A stretch of 47,017 nucleotides of DNA from Ginglymostoma cirratum. Its lineage: Eukaryota. Under the pieces are notes generated by a model. That model ran no database searches. It saw nothing but the letters and a program-made list of their open reading frames with translations, and was not told the origin of the DNA. The DNA lies in the NCBI GenBank assembly GCA_024137785.1, contig JAHRHZ010000002.1, forward strand, positions 20,782,881-20,829,897, given 5' to 3'. Of the stretch, positions 1-11,590 are shown piece after piece; within the stretch, counting starts at the first letter, position 1; every line of letters begins with the position of its first letter. The position numbers were made by a program, and so were the translations under genes.

Positions 1-172
1 AGGCCATTCATCCTGTCGAGTCCACACTGACTCTCTGAAGAGAACCCCACCCAGATCCCTGCCAATCCTTGTAACCCTGCATTTCCCATGGCTAATCTAC
101 CTAGCCTGCACATTCCTGGATACCATGGGCCAATTTAGCATGGCCAATTCACCTAACCTGCACATCTTTGCA
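1..172 (-). mobile_element. HE1/V-SINE-like fragment
   Basis: Reverse complement of the SINE body seen at 6279-6612 (ccctgcatttcccatggctaat...cacctaacctgcacatctttg). Confidence 0.75.
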
Positions 173-365
173 GGAGTTTTATTCTGTATTTTAATCCTTT
201 GTTTTCCCTGTCCCAGGAGTGTTTGATGAGGACAGTGTCAAGAGAACTTTACTTTGAGGTTTAAAAAGTGAGGGGGAGTTTTTTTCCCCATGATATTCAC
301 CCCAAGCTGTCACTGTCCTGGGAGTATTTGATAGGGACAGTGTTGCAGGGACATCTTCTCTATTT
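170..365. repeat. Degenerate satellite-like tandem units
   Basis: ctgtcccaggagtgtttgatgaggacagtgt (~208-238) recurs as ctgtcctgggagtatttgatagggacagtgt (~314-343). Confidence 0.5.
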
Positions 366-722
366 AAGAGTTGAGGTCGCCACCCATATTGGTCAACTGC
401 AAAAAATAGAGACCCAGCCTGCTCAACCTCTCCTCACAAACCAATCCTGGGAATCAGCTTCATGCACCTTTCCCTGACCTACATCCGATGGAAGTATATT
501 CACCTTCAAGTACGGAACCAAAATTGAACACAATAGACTGGTCTCACCAATACCCAGCGCCATGGTAACAAATAATGGGGTGGGATTTGAACCCATGGAC
601 TTCTGACTCAAAGAGGGAGGGTGCTACCTACGGAATAGGGCTGGCTGCCTTTGAGGTCCTCTGTCCTGTAACTCGGTTGTGTTTTTTTTCTTAAAAAGAA
701 CTGACCCTAATTGCATTGGCAG

Positions 723-1001
723 GATTTGGAGAATGGCCTTTGATCAACTTGAACAAGTACACTGGGAATGGAATCCAGCTCCTGTGTGAGTCCGAGAACT
801 GGTTTCCTCCACCGATGGTGCAATGGAGCAACGAGAAAGGTGTTATCCAGACTCAGCAGGGACAGCCAGTAACGGAGGAGCTACGCTCAGTCAACGTGAA
901 GAGCTACATTGATGTGACCAGTGATTCTGGGAACACCTTTAACTGTTTGCTAAAAAGCGAGATGCTGAACAAGGCAGTCTCTGCAGAGCTCCACGTCCCA
1001 G
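723..1001 (+). CDS. Gene 1 IgC (B7/BTN-type) exon, 279 nt
   Basis: ggcag|GA...CCAG|gtttgt. Encodes (G)FGEWPLINL...[19 protein letters not shown]...NTFNCLLKS...ELHVP, with both Ig Cys and the WFPxP motif of BTN IgC domains. Confidence 0.92.
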
Positions 1002-4000
1002 GTTTGTGAGCTTTGTGTCTCTATGTGCCTGTGTGTATGCCCATGTACTGTTGTTGGTGTCACCTCCAGCCAACATCCCATTGTGACGTGCTGATCGAAA
1101 GAACATTTGCCGTCCTTTAAATCAAAGGCATGGGGTGATGCAACTGCCATTTTTCTCAGTCCCTTGCTGCTGTGAACATTGATTTAATTTGTTATTGTTA
1201 CACAGTACCGAGGTACAGTGAAAAGTATTGTTTTGTGCTCACCAGACAAATCGTACCTTACGTAAGTACATCAGGGTAGTGGGACAGAATGCAGAATATA
1301 GTGTTATAGCTGCAAAGAAGGTGCATAGAAAGATCAGCTCGAACGTGAGAGAATTGTTTATAAGTCTAATTACAATGGGGAAGAAGCAGTTCTTGAATCT
1401 GTTGGTTTGTATTTTCAAACTTTGTATGTTCTGCCCGATGAAAGAGAGTATAACGGGGTAGGAGATGTCTTTGATGTTGGCTGCTTTTCTGTGACGGTGG
1501 GAAGTGTAGATGGAGTCAGTGGAAGGAAGGCTGGTTTTCATGGACAGGGCTGCGTTTCCAGCTCTCTCTAACTTTAAGGTCTTCAATTCCTCCATGTCCT
1601 TTTCTGCCCCTCCAACCCAGTCACCACATCTGCAATACTTAGTGACTACAGTCTTCTCCAGTGACTCATCGCCTGGGTTGTGATCAACTTGATGGGCCCC
1701 ATCAATGGCCACATCAACAGCCCCATGCCCTACTGTGACCTCCCTCCAGCCTGCATGACCTCTGTGTGCTTTGAACCTTTCCACCTTTTCTAACCCTCTG
1801 CTCTACTTTAATTCTGTCCCCTTGTGCTACCTTCGATTTTCTTCACACTCCCATCTGTGACTGTGTCTTCAGTTGCTTGTTGTCCAGGCCCCCTCTAAAT
1901 ATTTCTAGCCCTCTGCCCCACGTTCCTTTTCCTTAACTTAAGATGTTTGTCAAAACCTTCGTGTCTGATCAAGCTTTTGGATGTCAGGTCTATTATCTCC
2001 TTACATTACTTGGTGGCTGTTCTGCTCTGAAGCATGCTGGGCTGATTTACTATATAACGGGAACTATATAAATGCAGAAACTCACTGTGGGTCGAGAACC
2101 AACACTGAGGGCCATTCGTTGCTCCGACAAGCCCGTTTACTCAAGGGGTGATGGATTCGGAGGGTAAGATAAAAGACGAGTTCAGCGTTGGAGTGCCTGA
2201 CTTTGACGATTTATTATTTTAGCAATAATTTCATTCTGCTTTTTTTATTCTCCAGATGAATTCTACCCCAAGACATCCGTTTGGCTTTATATGTTCCTCT
2301 TGATTTTCTTTGGCATCCTTGGTCTCGTCGTTGGCCTCTTTCTGTTCTTCAGGAAACAAAAGAGACAGATCCGAGGTATGAACTTTTCGTTGTGCCATGG
2401 GTACGCAATTGGCAATTACTTTTTGATTCAAACACGGTTAGGTTATGTGACGATGTCCCAAAACCACAGGTTGTACCCACCCTCCAACCCAAACCCCACG
2501 GTGAATGGCAAGGGCAGCATGTGCTTAGGAACGTCACCACCCACAAGACGCCCTCCAAGCCGCTCACCGACCTGACTTGGAAATGTGTCGCCATTCATTC
2601 AGTGTTGCTGGGTCAAAATCTGGGACCTCCCTCTTTAACAGCACTGTGGATGACCCCAGAACAGCACATCATCATCTTTTTCCAGGGCAGTGATGCTGCA
2701 GAAAGGCCTATACACTTGTGAAAGAAACCAAAAGGGAAGGTCTGATTAAGTTCGAAGAGAACGTTCAAGTAATCTCCCCTTCATTTACCCCTCAGTGTTT
2801 TTTCTGCGTGCCATGCCCCTCAACCCATATGTACTCTCTTGCCCCAACCATCCCCAATCCAGATAATCATCTCTGTCTCCTTTTTACTTCCTCTACCCCA
2901 AATCAGCCTCCATGTCTTTGTGCAGCCTGAGGTTTGAGGGGATGACTGGGGGAGTTCGTCAGTGATATCTTGATGCTGAATATCTATCAGGCCATTGATA
3001 ATCCGCACTCACCGATATTGATGACTCTCTCTCGCTTTTTATTTTCCAGATCTAAGGAAGCGGCCAACAATAACTGGTGAGGAAAAAACAAAGACTTGTA
3101 TTTTAGCATTGCTGTTCACAACCTTGGAGAGCCAGGCTGCGTCCCTCTCGAACCTCCCACCCTGCGCCATCTGCGTCCTTTCTCCTGCGTCTGGGACTTT
3201 GCGGGACAGTGGGTCAGACACTGTCCTTTTCCCATCCCCACCCACTCTGGGACTAGGTGAGACAATGGGTCACTGACTCCTCACCCCGCCCCAGACCCTC
3301 AACACCACCACCACCACCACCACTCTCCACCTGGGACTGAGTGGCAAATTGGTTTACAGGGCAGCAAGGGCCATTTGGCCCATTGTGCTTATGTTTGCTG
3401 TCCAAAGGAGCAGTTGACTTCGTACTTTTCTCCTGCCTTCTCCTTGTGACCCTCGTACACTATTCATCTTCAGACAACTGTCTGATTCCCTCTGTAAGCC
3501 TGAATTAAATCTGCCTTCTCTGTGCTGTCAGCACACTCCAGACCTTGACCATTCCTGTGTGAAAACGGTTTTCCTCATGACTTTGACAAATTACTTTAGG
3601 CCTGCACCCTCTTAATCTTGATCTCTTCGTGACTGAGAACATTTAGAGCCTTTCCCTTAAACTTCTGCAGTTTTTACAATGCTTTCACATCCTTCCTAAA
3701 GTGCGGTGTCCAGAGCTAGGTCCTGGACTGCAGCTGTGGCTGGCCTAGTGTCTTACATAAGGTCAACACCATCTCCTTGCTATTGTACGCTGTCTCAGTC
3801 AAATGCTGTGTTTTCAACCTGGGGTTATATCTCGATATTGGGACTGAGATAGAGGGATTCTCAGTGGGACTAACAAAAGTTAGGCCTGCAAAGGATGTTC
3901 AGCAGGAACCATTCCAGAAAATATGGCGTTTGTCGGAATCAAAGGCACTTGAATGAGGATCAGAAGGCTTTGTTTCCAAGTGAATTCCTTTCTTTGAGTG

Positions 4001-7000
4001 GCTTGTGCTGTTTTTGTATTTTAGATTATGACAACATGAAGTCCTGCAATGGTAAGTAAACATTCCCAAATGTCCTGAAAGCATCACTGTGGATTTTCTG
4101 ACCCTGTAATAAGTGAGGCAGATGATGAGAGAGAACAGGCCAGTCCCAGGGGCACTAGGCAGAGGGAGTGGGTTAATTTTAATGGAACTGTCCCAGCAGA
4201 AATCTAATTGTGACAGAATTGGGGCCTGTATTATACTGTTATTATTTTTAAACCACCTTGCCAAGTTAACTCAATTAAAACTCTAGCTGCTGTCTTTTTT
4301 TTCCCTTAGTGTTGAAGATTGATAGAACTGCACAGAAGGACAAGGGTTAGGTCTCTGAAGAAGAGTCACTGGACCCAAAACGTTAATTCTGCTTTCTCTC
4401 CAAAGATGCCGCCAAGTTTCTTTAGCAATTTCTGTTTTTATTTTGACAATCCGCAGTGCACTGCTATATTTTTGGGTTAGAGTTGGCTGGGGGCAGAATT
4501 GTGTGAAACACAGCCAATCGAATGCTGATCAGAATAGAGATGCGGCAGTGGGACTGGGGAGGGCTTACCCAGTGACGCCCAGAGGGGGTGATGGACCAAA
4601 TGGATACGAGCTGGTAACTGTGAAGGAGGTGTCACTTGGAAGCGCGATGGGGATTGGGATGGCTCTCTCCTCTCCTGTAGGGTCCTTCTCGCAAGATCCT
4701 CTGGCTTAAATCCTCAGGAAGTTCCTAAATCTCCTCAACCCGTTTCAAAAGTGTGTGATTCAAATGATAGAAATGGTTTCTGCTTTTTTTTAAAAAAATT
4801 TTTTTTTTTTTCTTTTCAGAGGAACTCAGAGAAATAATGGGTAAGACCTCAGTCGAAAGGATTATAAATAAATGTGGAAGGGAGGGTTTGTCATTCTCTG
4901 TTGTGATCAGTACAATCGATGGATAATTCCCCCAATCCGTCTCAGTAGGGGTCAGAATAGAGCCTGTTCAACTATCTGAATGTACAGTCAACTTTGTTCC
5001 AGCAGAGAGCACTGTCTGGTATCTGCAATATCCACTCCCTTAACACTACGTTCCTATGATCTCTGCTTCTGACTTTGGCATGGGATCTTGTTCCTATGCC
5101 TGGGACCACAGCATACCTTGGTGCGGGATGTCAGCTATGACTCGAGTGTAGCACTCCAAGTCCAAAAGGTTCCAGTCCAGCTCTAATATAAAGGGTGAAA
5201 ATATAAACTAACTCTCCTGGTCAGTACCGAGGTGATTCTGCACTGTCAGGGGCACACGTTTCTCTTGAGATGTTGAACTGAGGTCTATCGGTGGATGTAG
5301 AAGATCACAAGACATCTCGCTATTTAGGAGATGAGCCGGAAGGTTTCCCTGTGTCCTGCAAATATTGATTGATACGGATTACGTAAACCTGTTTCCCGCA
5401 GCTATGTCTGCACCTCAAAAACTGCATCATTGGCTGTGAACAACCTGATGTCAACGTTTTTTGAGTTCCCACATGCTCGCTCTGCCTTTGCACCTTGTGG
5501 CCAATGTGAGCTGACCAACTCCGAATTATCGTCACATGATCTTTGTGTGCTCTGTCCTGCTGCACCAGTAGGTGGTGATGCCGCAATAAATGGGCACAGT
5601 TGTGATCTTGCAGGAAGAAAGGTTTTTGCCCTGCGGTTGTCTGTTTGTGTGTTCAGTCAGCGCACTCTGTAAAGCGCGGTGTAATACAGATATCTGTGAC
5701 TCCGACACCATAAGTAATTTTGTTGCTTTTCCTTTCCTGTACAGATTTTCGCTGGAAACAACTAGGTAAGAGGCTACCAGTGAGGTGATGTGTTTCGGGT
5801 GAGAATTTGAAACAAGACCCTGTCTTCCCTCTCAGGGATGTATGATATCCTGTGGCCGCTATGCTAAAGAAGAGCAAGGTGGTTCGGCCTGGTGTCCTGG
5901 GCAAAGTTTAACCCCCAATCACCATTGATTTTAAAACTCATTCATTTATCACTGACTGTGTTTTATCACCGACTTCAATCTGGAGACACAAGTAATAGTC
6001 TGGTAACCCAAGGTCAAATCCTGCCACGGCAAATAGTTGAATTTGAATTCAATAGAAATCTGGAAATAGTGGTAACTATGAAACTATTATCAGTTGTTGG
6101 AAAAAGACCCATCTGGTTCACTAATGCCTTTTAGGGAAGGAAACTGCCATCATTACCCAATCTGGCCTACATGTGACTCCAGACCCACAGCATCATGGTT
6201 GACACTTTTTATCTGGCCTGTGGGCCATTAGGGTATGGGCAATAAATGCTGGTTAAGACAGCAATGCTCTCATCCTGTGGGCGGCACGGTGTCTCAGTGG
6301 TTAGCACTGCTGCCTCACAGGGTCTGGGTTTGACTCCACCCTTGGGCTACTGTGTGGTTGCACATCCTCTCTACGTCTGCATGGGTTTCAACTGGATGCT
6401 CCAGTTTCCTCCCGCAGTCCAAAGATGTGCAAGTTAGTTGGATTGGCCATTCTAACTTACCCGTAGTGTCCAAGGATGTGTCGGTTAAGTGTATTAGCCA
6501 TGGGAAATGCAGGGTTACAGGAATAGGGGGAATGGGTCTGGGTGCGATGCCTGACGGATGGTTGGTGTGTACTCGTTGGACCGAATGGCCGGTTTCCACA
6601 CTGTAGAGAGACTGTGGAAGACAGTTGGTCTGTAATGATAGCCTCCCGCCAGCAAGGATATTTCTATCTCCAGGGCCACCAAACATGCCTTTCAATTGAA
6701 ATGGATAGAAGCTGAAGCAAATGGAGAGTTGGTGTGTTTGGGAAGATCCAGAGAAAAGGGAAACAGTTCCGGAATTTTAAAAAAAATGGCACGTTGACAC
6801 AAATTACCAATGCAGGCCACTCAACACCCATTGTCCATGCTGGTCTTTATGCACCACACGAACTTCTCACCTTGCAGTCTGCTGTGCCCCCCCCCCCCAA
6901 ACAACCCCCCCACCATTTCCCCATCCCTCATGTGGACATCAAGGCCCCCCCATCAATGGATTAACACTTCCTACCTCAACCATGCCATGTGTCAGTGATT

Positions 7001-10000
7001 CTTACCATGTGACTGCTTTCTGGGCCAAATAACTTCTCCAGACTTCTTCACTTGAATAACTTACGACTTTTTTTTAATTCCCCCCCCTCCTTTCCATCCG
7101 TGTTCTGGACTCGTGTAGGGACAGGAGGCCATTCAGCCCTTCCAGCCTACCGTACCAATCACAGAGACGACAACTGATCTGTAGCTCCACATCCCCTGAT
7201 ACCTCCTGTCTGACTCAAGCTGCATTATGTCATTCTTACCCACTTTGGAAAACAACTTTCCCATGTCCTCTCAAATGTTAACCTTAATTTGAAATTCCTC
7301 CATCAAGTCAGGTGTTTTAAGAGTTCCTATCATTTTTGATCTGTTCTGATAAGAGGTGAATGGACCAGGATCAATGGTTAAAGGATGCAACTTGGGAATG
7401 GAGATTTCCCAGCATGTTTCTGTAAGGGGTTAAAGTCATTTCAGTTGTACAACCCTGTGGATCCACAGTTATACAACCGATGTTTTCTCAGATTTGTGCT
7501 GAATGGTAAACACACATTCAATGTAAATCTGTTCAACTGCTAGCAGTATAAAGCTCTTCACTGACTAACTGACGTCATTTTCCTTTTTAGGTGAAATTCG
7601 CCCTCTCCCTCAACTAGGTAAGACATGGAGTAACTTTTCATCATTCTTAAGATGTGCGCATCACTGGTTGGGCCAAAATTTATTCCCCATCGCTCATTTC
7701 CCTTGAGAAGGTAGTGATGAGTTGTAGTCCTCTGGGACTTAGAGACCTCTAAGAGAGCTGATGGGGAGGGAGTTGTAGGATTTAGACCCAGTGACGCTGA
7801 AAGAATGCTGATTATATTTCCAAGTTAGAATGGTGAGCGGCTTGGAGGGGAATTTACAGGGGGTGGTATTCTCATGTACCTGCTGCCCTTGTCCTTCTAG
7901 ACGGCAGTGGTCTCTGGTTTGGGAGGTCCTATCAAAGATCGTGTTAGGGGTGAAATCTCACCTCTGCGTTCACCGTCACTAAACCCAGAGCTCGCAGAGT
8001 CTACAACTAAACTGTCTGATTCCCTGCCTCACCCTTTAAATATTTAGTCAGGTCTCCAAGACTTCTAAGCAGGCTCTGTTTTAGACACCTTTCTGAAAAC
8101 TGCACAAACGTACAATGAATTATTTGAAGGTGATTTAATCTCGTCCTCCTTGTCCTTTTCAGCAATTCAGAGAATGACTGATGCTGCAGGTAAGAACTGT
8201 GCCTCTTCAATAACTCCATGTTGAGTGGTGGTTCGGGAGCGGTGGAAGTGGGGAGGAGTGAATTGTTTATGTGGTGGTGAAAAAGTTGTTCCATTTGTGC
8301 ATGAGTGTGGAGGTGAAGGTATCAGTGCAAATGAATTGTGTGTAATTTGTACCTTTGTTTTTGGCCTCCTCCAGTGCTGAGAGATTCTATTCAGCCCATC
8401 GAATTTGTGCTAGCGTTTTGCAAGAGCTATTCAGTTGTTCCTCCTCCCTGCTGTTTTCCCCAAAAGCTACAAATTTTCCCTTTTAAGTATTTATCCAGTT
8501 CCCTTGCTTGATTGTTGTTTAGAAAAAAAATCTTGTATCCTCTTTGGCTAATTATTAGCAATCTATGTCATCAGATTACTGACCCTCCTGCCACTGACAA
8601 CTGAGAAAATGAGCATCTATTCAAACTCCTGAATGGATCGATCAAATCTCCTCCTCCTCACAGAATTAATGAGAGGATGATGTGGCAGTGGTCTTGCTCC
8701 CCTGTTTAATTTACTATTTAGCCATTGTTACTCTCGTTAACGACATATTGCATTAAATATCCACCAGTCCTCATTGTAAAAGTTTACTTATTCACAGAAT
8801 TTGTTGGCACAGAAAGAGGCCACTCAGTCCAACTAGGTTTGAGCTGGCATTCGTGTTCCATGTGCCCCCCCCCCCCAAAAAAAAATAAAGTAAGGTGGTA
8901 TGGGATTGAGGGAAGAGATAAAAGGTACTGCAGATGCTGGAGAATCCGAGATAACAAGGTGTGGGGCTGGATGAACACAGCAGGCCAAGCAGCATCATAG
9001 GAGCAGGAAAGCTTGACGTTTCGGGNNNNNNNNNNNNNNNNNNNNNNNNNNNNNNNNNNNNNNNNNNNNNNNNNNNNNNNNNNNNNNNNNNNNNNNNNNN
9101 NNNNNNNNNNNNNNNNNNNNNNNNNNNNNNNNNNNNNNNNNNNNNNNNNNNNNNNNNNNNNNNNNNNNNNNNNNNNNNNNNNNNNNNNNNNNNNNNNNNN
9201 NNNNNNNNNNNNNNNNNNNNNNNNNNNNNNNNNNNNNNNNNNNNNNNNNNNNNNNNNNNNNNNNNNNNNNNNNNNNNNNNNNNNNNNNNNNNNNNNNNNN
9301 NNNNNNNNNNNNNNNNNNNNNNNNNNNNNNNNNNNNNNNNNNNNNNNNNNNNNNNNNNNNNNNNNNNNNNNNNNNNNNNNNNNNNNNNNNNNNNNNNNNN
9401 NNNNNNNNNNNNNNNNNNNNNNNNNATACAAACCCGGCTGTACAATAGAAGACAGAGGGTGGTAATAGATGGAAAATATTCAGCCTGGAGCTAGGTGACC
9501 AGTGGTGTTCCGCAGGGATCTGTTCTGGGACCTCTGCTCTTTGCGATCTTTATAGATGACTTGGATGAGGAAGTGGAAGGGTAGGTTAGTAAGTCTGCCA
9601 ATGACACGAAGGTTGGTTGAGTTATGGATAGTATGGAGGGCTGTTGTAGGCTGCAACAGGACATTGACAGGATGCAGAGCTGAGCAAAGAAGTGGCAGAT
9701 GGAATTCAACCCAGAAAAGTGTGAAGTGATTCATTTTGGAAGGTCGAATTTGAATGCAGAATACAGGGTTAATGGCAGGATTCTTGGCAGTGTGGAGTAA
9801 CAGAGGGATCTTGGGGTTCACGTCCATGGATCCCTCAGAGTTGCTACCCAAGTTGATAGGGCTGTAAAGAAGGCTTGCATTGGCAGGGGAATTGAGTTTA
9901 AAGAGCTGAGAGGTTATGCTGCAGTTCTGTAAAACCCTGGTTAGATGACATTGGATACTGTGTTCAGTTCTGGTCGCCTCATGAGAGGAAAGATGTGGAA

Positions 10001-11590
10001 ACTTTAGAGAGGGTGCAGAGGAGATTTACCAGGATGCTACCTGGACTAGAGGGCAGGCCTTATGAGGAAAGGTTGAGGGAGCTAGGGCTTCTTTCATTGG
10101 AGCGAAGAAGGATGAGAGGTGACTTGATAGAGGTGTACAATATGATGAGAGGCATGGATAGAGTGGATAGCCAGAGACATTTTCCCAGGGTGAAATGACT
10201 GTTATGAGGGGGCAAAATTTTAAGGTGATTGGAGGAAGGTATAGGGGAAATGTCAGAGGTAGGTTCTTTACACAGAGAGTGGTGGGTATGTGGAATGTGC
10301 TGCCGGCAGCGGTAGTGGAGTCAGATACTGTAGACACATTTAAGTGACTCTTGGATAGGCACATGGAGGATAGTAAAATGTAGGGTGTGCAGGGTAGTTT
10401 GATCTTAGTTGGATAATAAGTTTGGCACAGCATCGTAGGCCGAAGGGCCTGTACTGTGCTGTGCTGTACTGTTCTTTTTTCTATGTTCTGTTCTAGAATG
10501 GGGAACCTGCTAAGGAGAGCAGTTTCACCTGAATTCCCCATTGGTAATTGTCTTATATTTATAGACCCTGGTTCTTCTCCCCTCTCTGGATCACTAATGT
10601 CCGTACAGGAAAAGTAACTGCTGTCCTCATCTGGTCTGGCCTACATGTGACTCCAGACTCACTGCTGTGGATGACTGTCAGGGTAAGTTAGGGATGGTCT
10701 AGCCAGTGATGCCCACACCCTGTGAATGAAATTTTAAAAAATTAGGACCGCAGCCTATCGAGTGGATTAACAAGGAGATTAAGGATAGCAGGTCAGGACA
10801 GAAGAAAAGCTGAATAAGTGATAATGAGAGTAAAAAGTAGGAGAGAATGGGTGACTGTGCTAATAGCAACCCATGTCATAACAGGACCTGGTGAGGGGTT
10901 GGTGAAAAACATGGAAGGATGGAATCAGGCCCTAAAGTTATTGCTGAGTCCAAGAGGCTACAGGATCCCCAAGCAGAAATTGAGAAGTTTTTCTTTTGAG
11001 CTTCTGCTGAACCTGTCCCTGTCCCTTGCTCTTCCAACCTTTTTTTTTTTTTTGTAGACTGCATTGAACTGGACCGTGACACTGCGAATCCAAACCTCCT
11101 GATATCCTCCGATCTGACCACCATGAGCTGCACTGCAGAAGGGACTGCTGACAGCAGTGAAATGTTCGAGCGCAGGTTGGTCGCGCTGGGAAGGACCGGA
11201 TTCACCAGCGGCAGGCACTACTGGCTGGTGGAAGTGGACATGCACTCCGTCTGGGACCTGGGAGTAGCCAGGGAGTCAGTAAGCAGGGAAGGAAATCTAC
11301 CTTTGATCCCTGAAGATGGACACTGGACTATTCGGCACAATGGGAAGAAATACTGGGCCAACCTCACCAGCCCTTTGGAAATCATGTGCAAGGAGAAACT
11401 CCAGAGAATTGGAATATATGTCAACTACGATGCTGGACAGGTTCTGTTCTGTGATGGCGCTACCTACTCACACCTCCACAGTTTCACTTGGAGCTTTGAG
11501 GGGACGATCTACCCCTTCTTCAGTCTCTCAGGGTCTGGCAAATGTTCCATTTTACCATCAGTCACCCCACTTCCCAATTGGAATCACTGA
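723..11590 (+). CDS. Butyrophilin-like gene 1, 5'-partial and spliced: join(723-1001, 2256-2375, 3050-3076, 4025-4051, 4820-4840, 5745-5765, 7591-7617, 8163-8189, 11058-11590); IgC-TM-juxtamembrane-B30.2
   Basis: Nine exons with ag/gt boundaries, all phase 1, splice into one open frame ending at TGA 11588-11590. The domain order is that of BTN/BTNL. Signal peptide and IgV exons presumably lie upstream of the window. Confidence 0.9.
1178..1570 (-). mobile_element. LINE 3' end (Rex-Babar/L2-like)
   Basis: The minus frame encodes [17 protein letters not shown], an RT-ORF C-terminal motif. Related tails occur at ~20975-21060 (-) and ~27920-28100 (+). Confidence 0.6.
2256..2375 (+). CDS. Gene 1 transmembrane exon, 120 nt
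   Basis: ttctccag|AT...CGAG|gtatga. Encodes [40 protein letters not shown], a hydrophobic stretch followed by a basic stop-transfer segment. Confidence 0.92.
3050..3076 (+). CDS. Gene 1 micro-exon 1 (27 nt), DLRKRPTIT
   Basis: ttttccag|...G|gtgagg, phase 1-1. Homologous to gene 2 ELQKRPTIK. Confidence 0.88.
4025..4051 (+). CDS. Gene 1 micro-exon 2 (27 nt), DYDNMKSCN
   Basis: attttag|...G|gtaagt. Same size and Tyr position as gene 2 EYEELCSQT. Confidence 0.85.
4820..4840 (+). CDS. Gene 1 micro-exon 3 (21 nt heptad), EELREIM
   Basis: Long poly-T tract then cag|...G|gtaaga. 21-nt phase-1 exons are typical of BTN coiled-coil regions. Confidence 0.85.
5130..5440 (+). mobile_element. DeuSINE-like (SacSINE/AmnSINE-type) degenerate copy
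   Basis: cagtaccgaggtgattctgcactgtc...gagatgttgaactgaggtc resembles the Deu-domain as I recall it. Related pieces occur at ~5810-5960 and ~35000-35125. Confidence 0.5.
5745..5765 (+). CDS. Gene 1 micro-exon 4 (21 nt heptad), DFRWKQL
   Basis: tttcctgtacag|...AG|gtaaga, phase 1-1. Confidence 0.82.
   Translation: MFAGNN
5985..6272 (+). mobile_element. Unnamed SINE
   Basis: ctggttcactaatgcc...tctggcctacatgtgactccagac recurs at ~10585-10735. Its tail gggcaataaatgctgg resembles the 3' end of the LINE at 37320-38345. Confidence 0.55.
6279..6612 (+). mobile_element. HE1/V-SINE-like tRNA-derived SINE, near full length
   Basis: tRNA-like head gggcggcacggtg..cagtggttagcactgctgcctcacag, core tgctccagtttcctccc.cagtccaaagatgtgc, and a CR1-like 3' tail. 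Confidence 0.85.
7591..7617 (+). CDS. Gene 1 micro-exon 5 (27 nt), GEIRPLPQL
   Basis: tcctttttag|...AG|gtaaga. Same size and rank as gene 2 exon 40541-40567. Confidence 0.8.
   Translation: MKFALSLN
7650..7935 (-). mobile_element. LINE 3' fragment (same family as 37320-38345)
   Basis: cccttgagaaggtagtgatgag...atatttccaagt...gtccttctag is shared with 13895-14130, 15250-15965 and 37320-37620. Confidence 0.65.
8163..8189 (+). CDS. Gene 1 micro-exon 6 (27 nt), AIQRMTDAA
   Basis: ccttttcag|...GCAG|gtaaga. Homologous to gene 2 AAERVIAAA. Confidence 0.85.
8915..9025 (-). mobile_element. Penelope-like terminal repeat truncated by the assembly gap
   Basis: actgcagatgctggagaatccgagataacaagg...caggaaagcttgacgtttcggg, same family as 19547, 22490, 23930 and 25339. 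Confidence 0.75.
9026..9425. other. Assembly gap, 400 N
   Basis: Run of N. Confidence 1.
9426..10497 (+). mobile_element. CR1/HER1-type LINE, RT 3' part, disabled
   Basis: Encodes [23 protein letters not shown]...[15 protein letters not shown] with stops and frameshifts. Ends in a (ttcta/tgttc)n tail. Confidence 0.92.
11058..11590 (+). CDS. Gene 1 terminal B30.2 (PRY-SPRY) exon
   Basis: Poly-T then gtag|AC. Encodes [19 protein letters not shown]...[13 protein letters not shown]...WDLGVARES...[15 protein letters not shown]...IYPFFS and is in frame with ORF 11123..11590. Confidence 0.95.

Noticed and set aside
4310-4345. Possible extra 36-nt phase-1 exon in gene 1 ([12 protein letters not shown])
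   Set aside because: The acceptor is good but the donor (gttagg) is weak, it abuts a repeat, and gene 2 has no counterpart. Without it the two exon series match exactly. It could still be a minor alternative exon.
6279-6345. tRNA gene calls at SINE heads (also near 21772, 16607, 17437, 24767)
   Set aside because: They are A/B-box-like heads continuous with SINE bodies and do not form a full cloverleaf.
8784-9494. Long ORFs containing X runs (also 22612-23091)
   Set aside because: They read through assembly gaps.
11058-11590. Interpreting the B30.2 exons as TRIM genes or stand-alone SPRY ORFs
   Set aside because: No RING or B-box exons are seen, and the exons splice in phase to Ig-TM exons.
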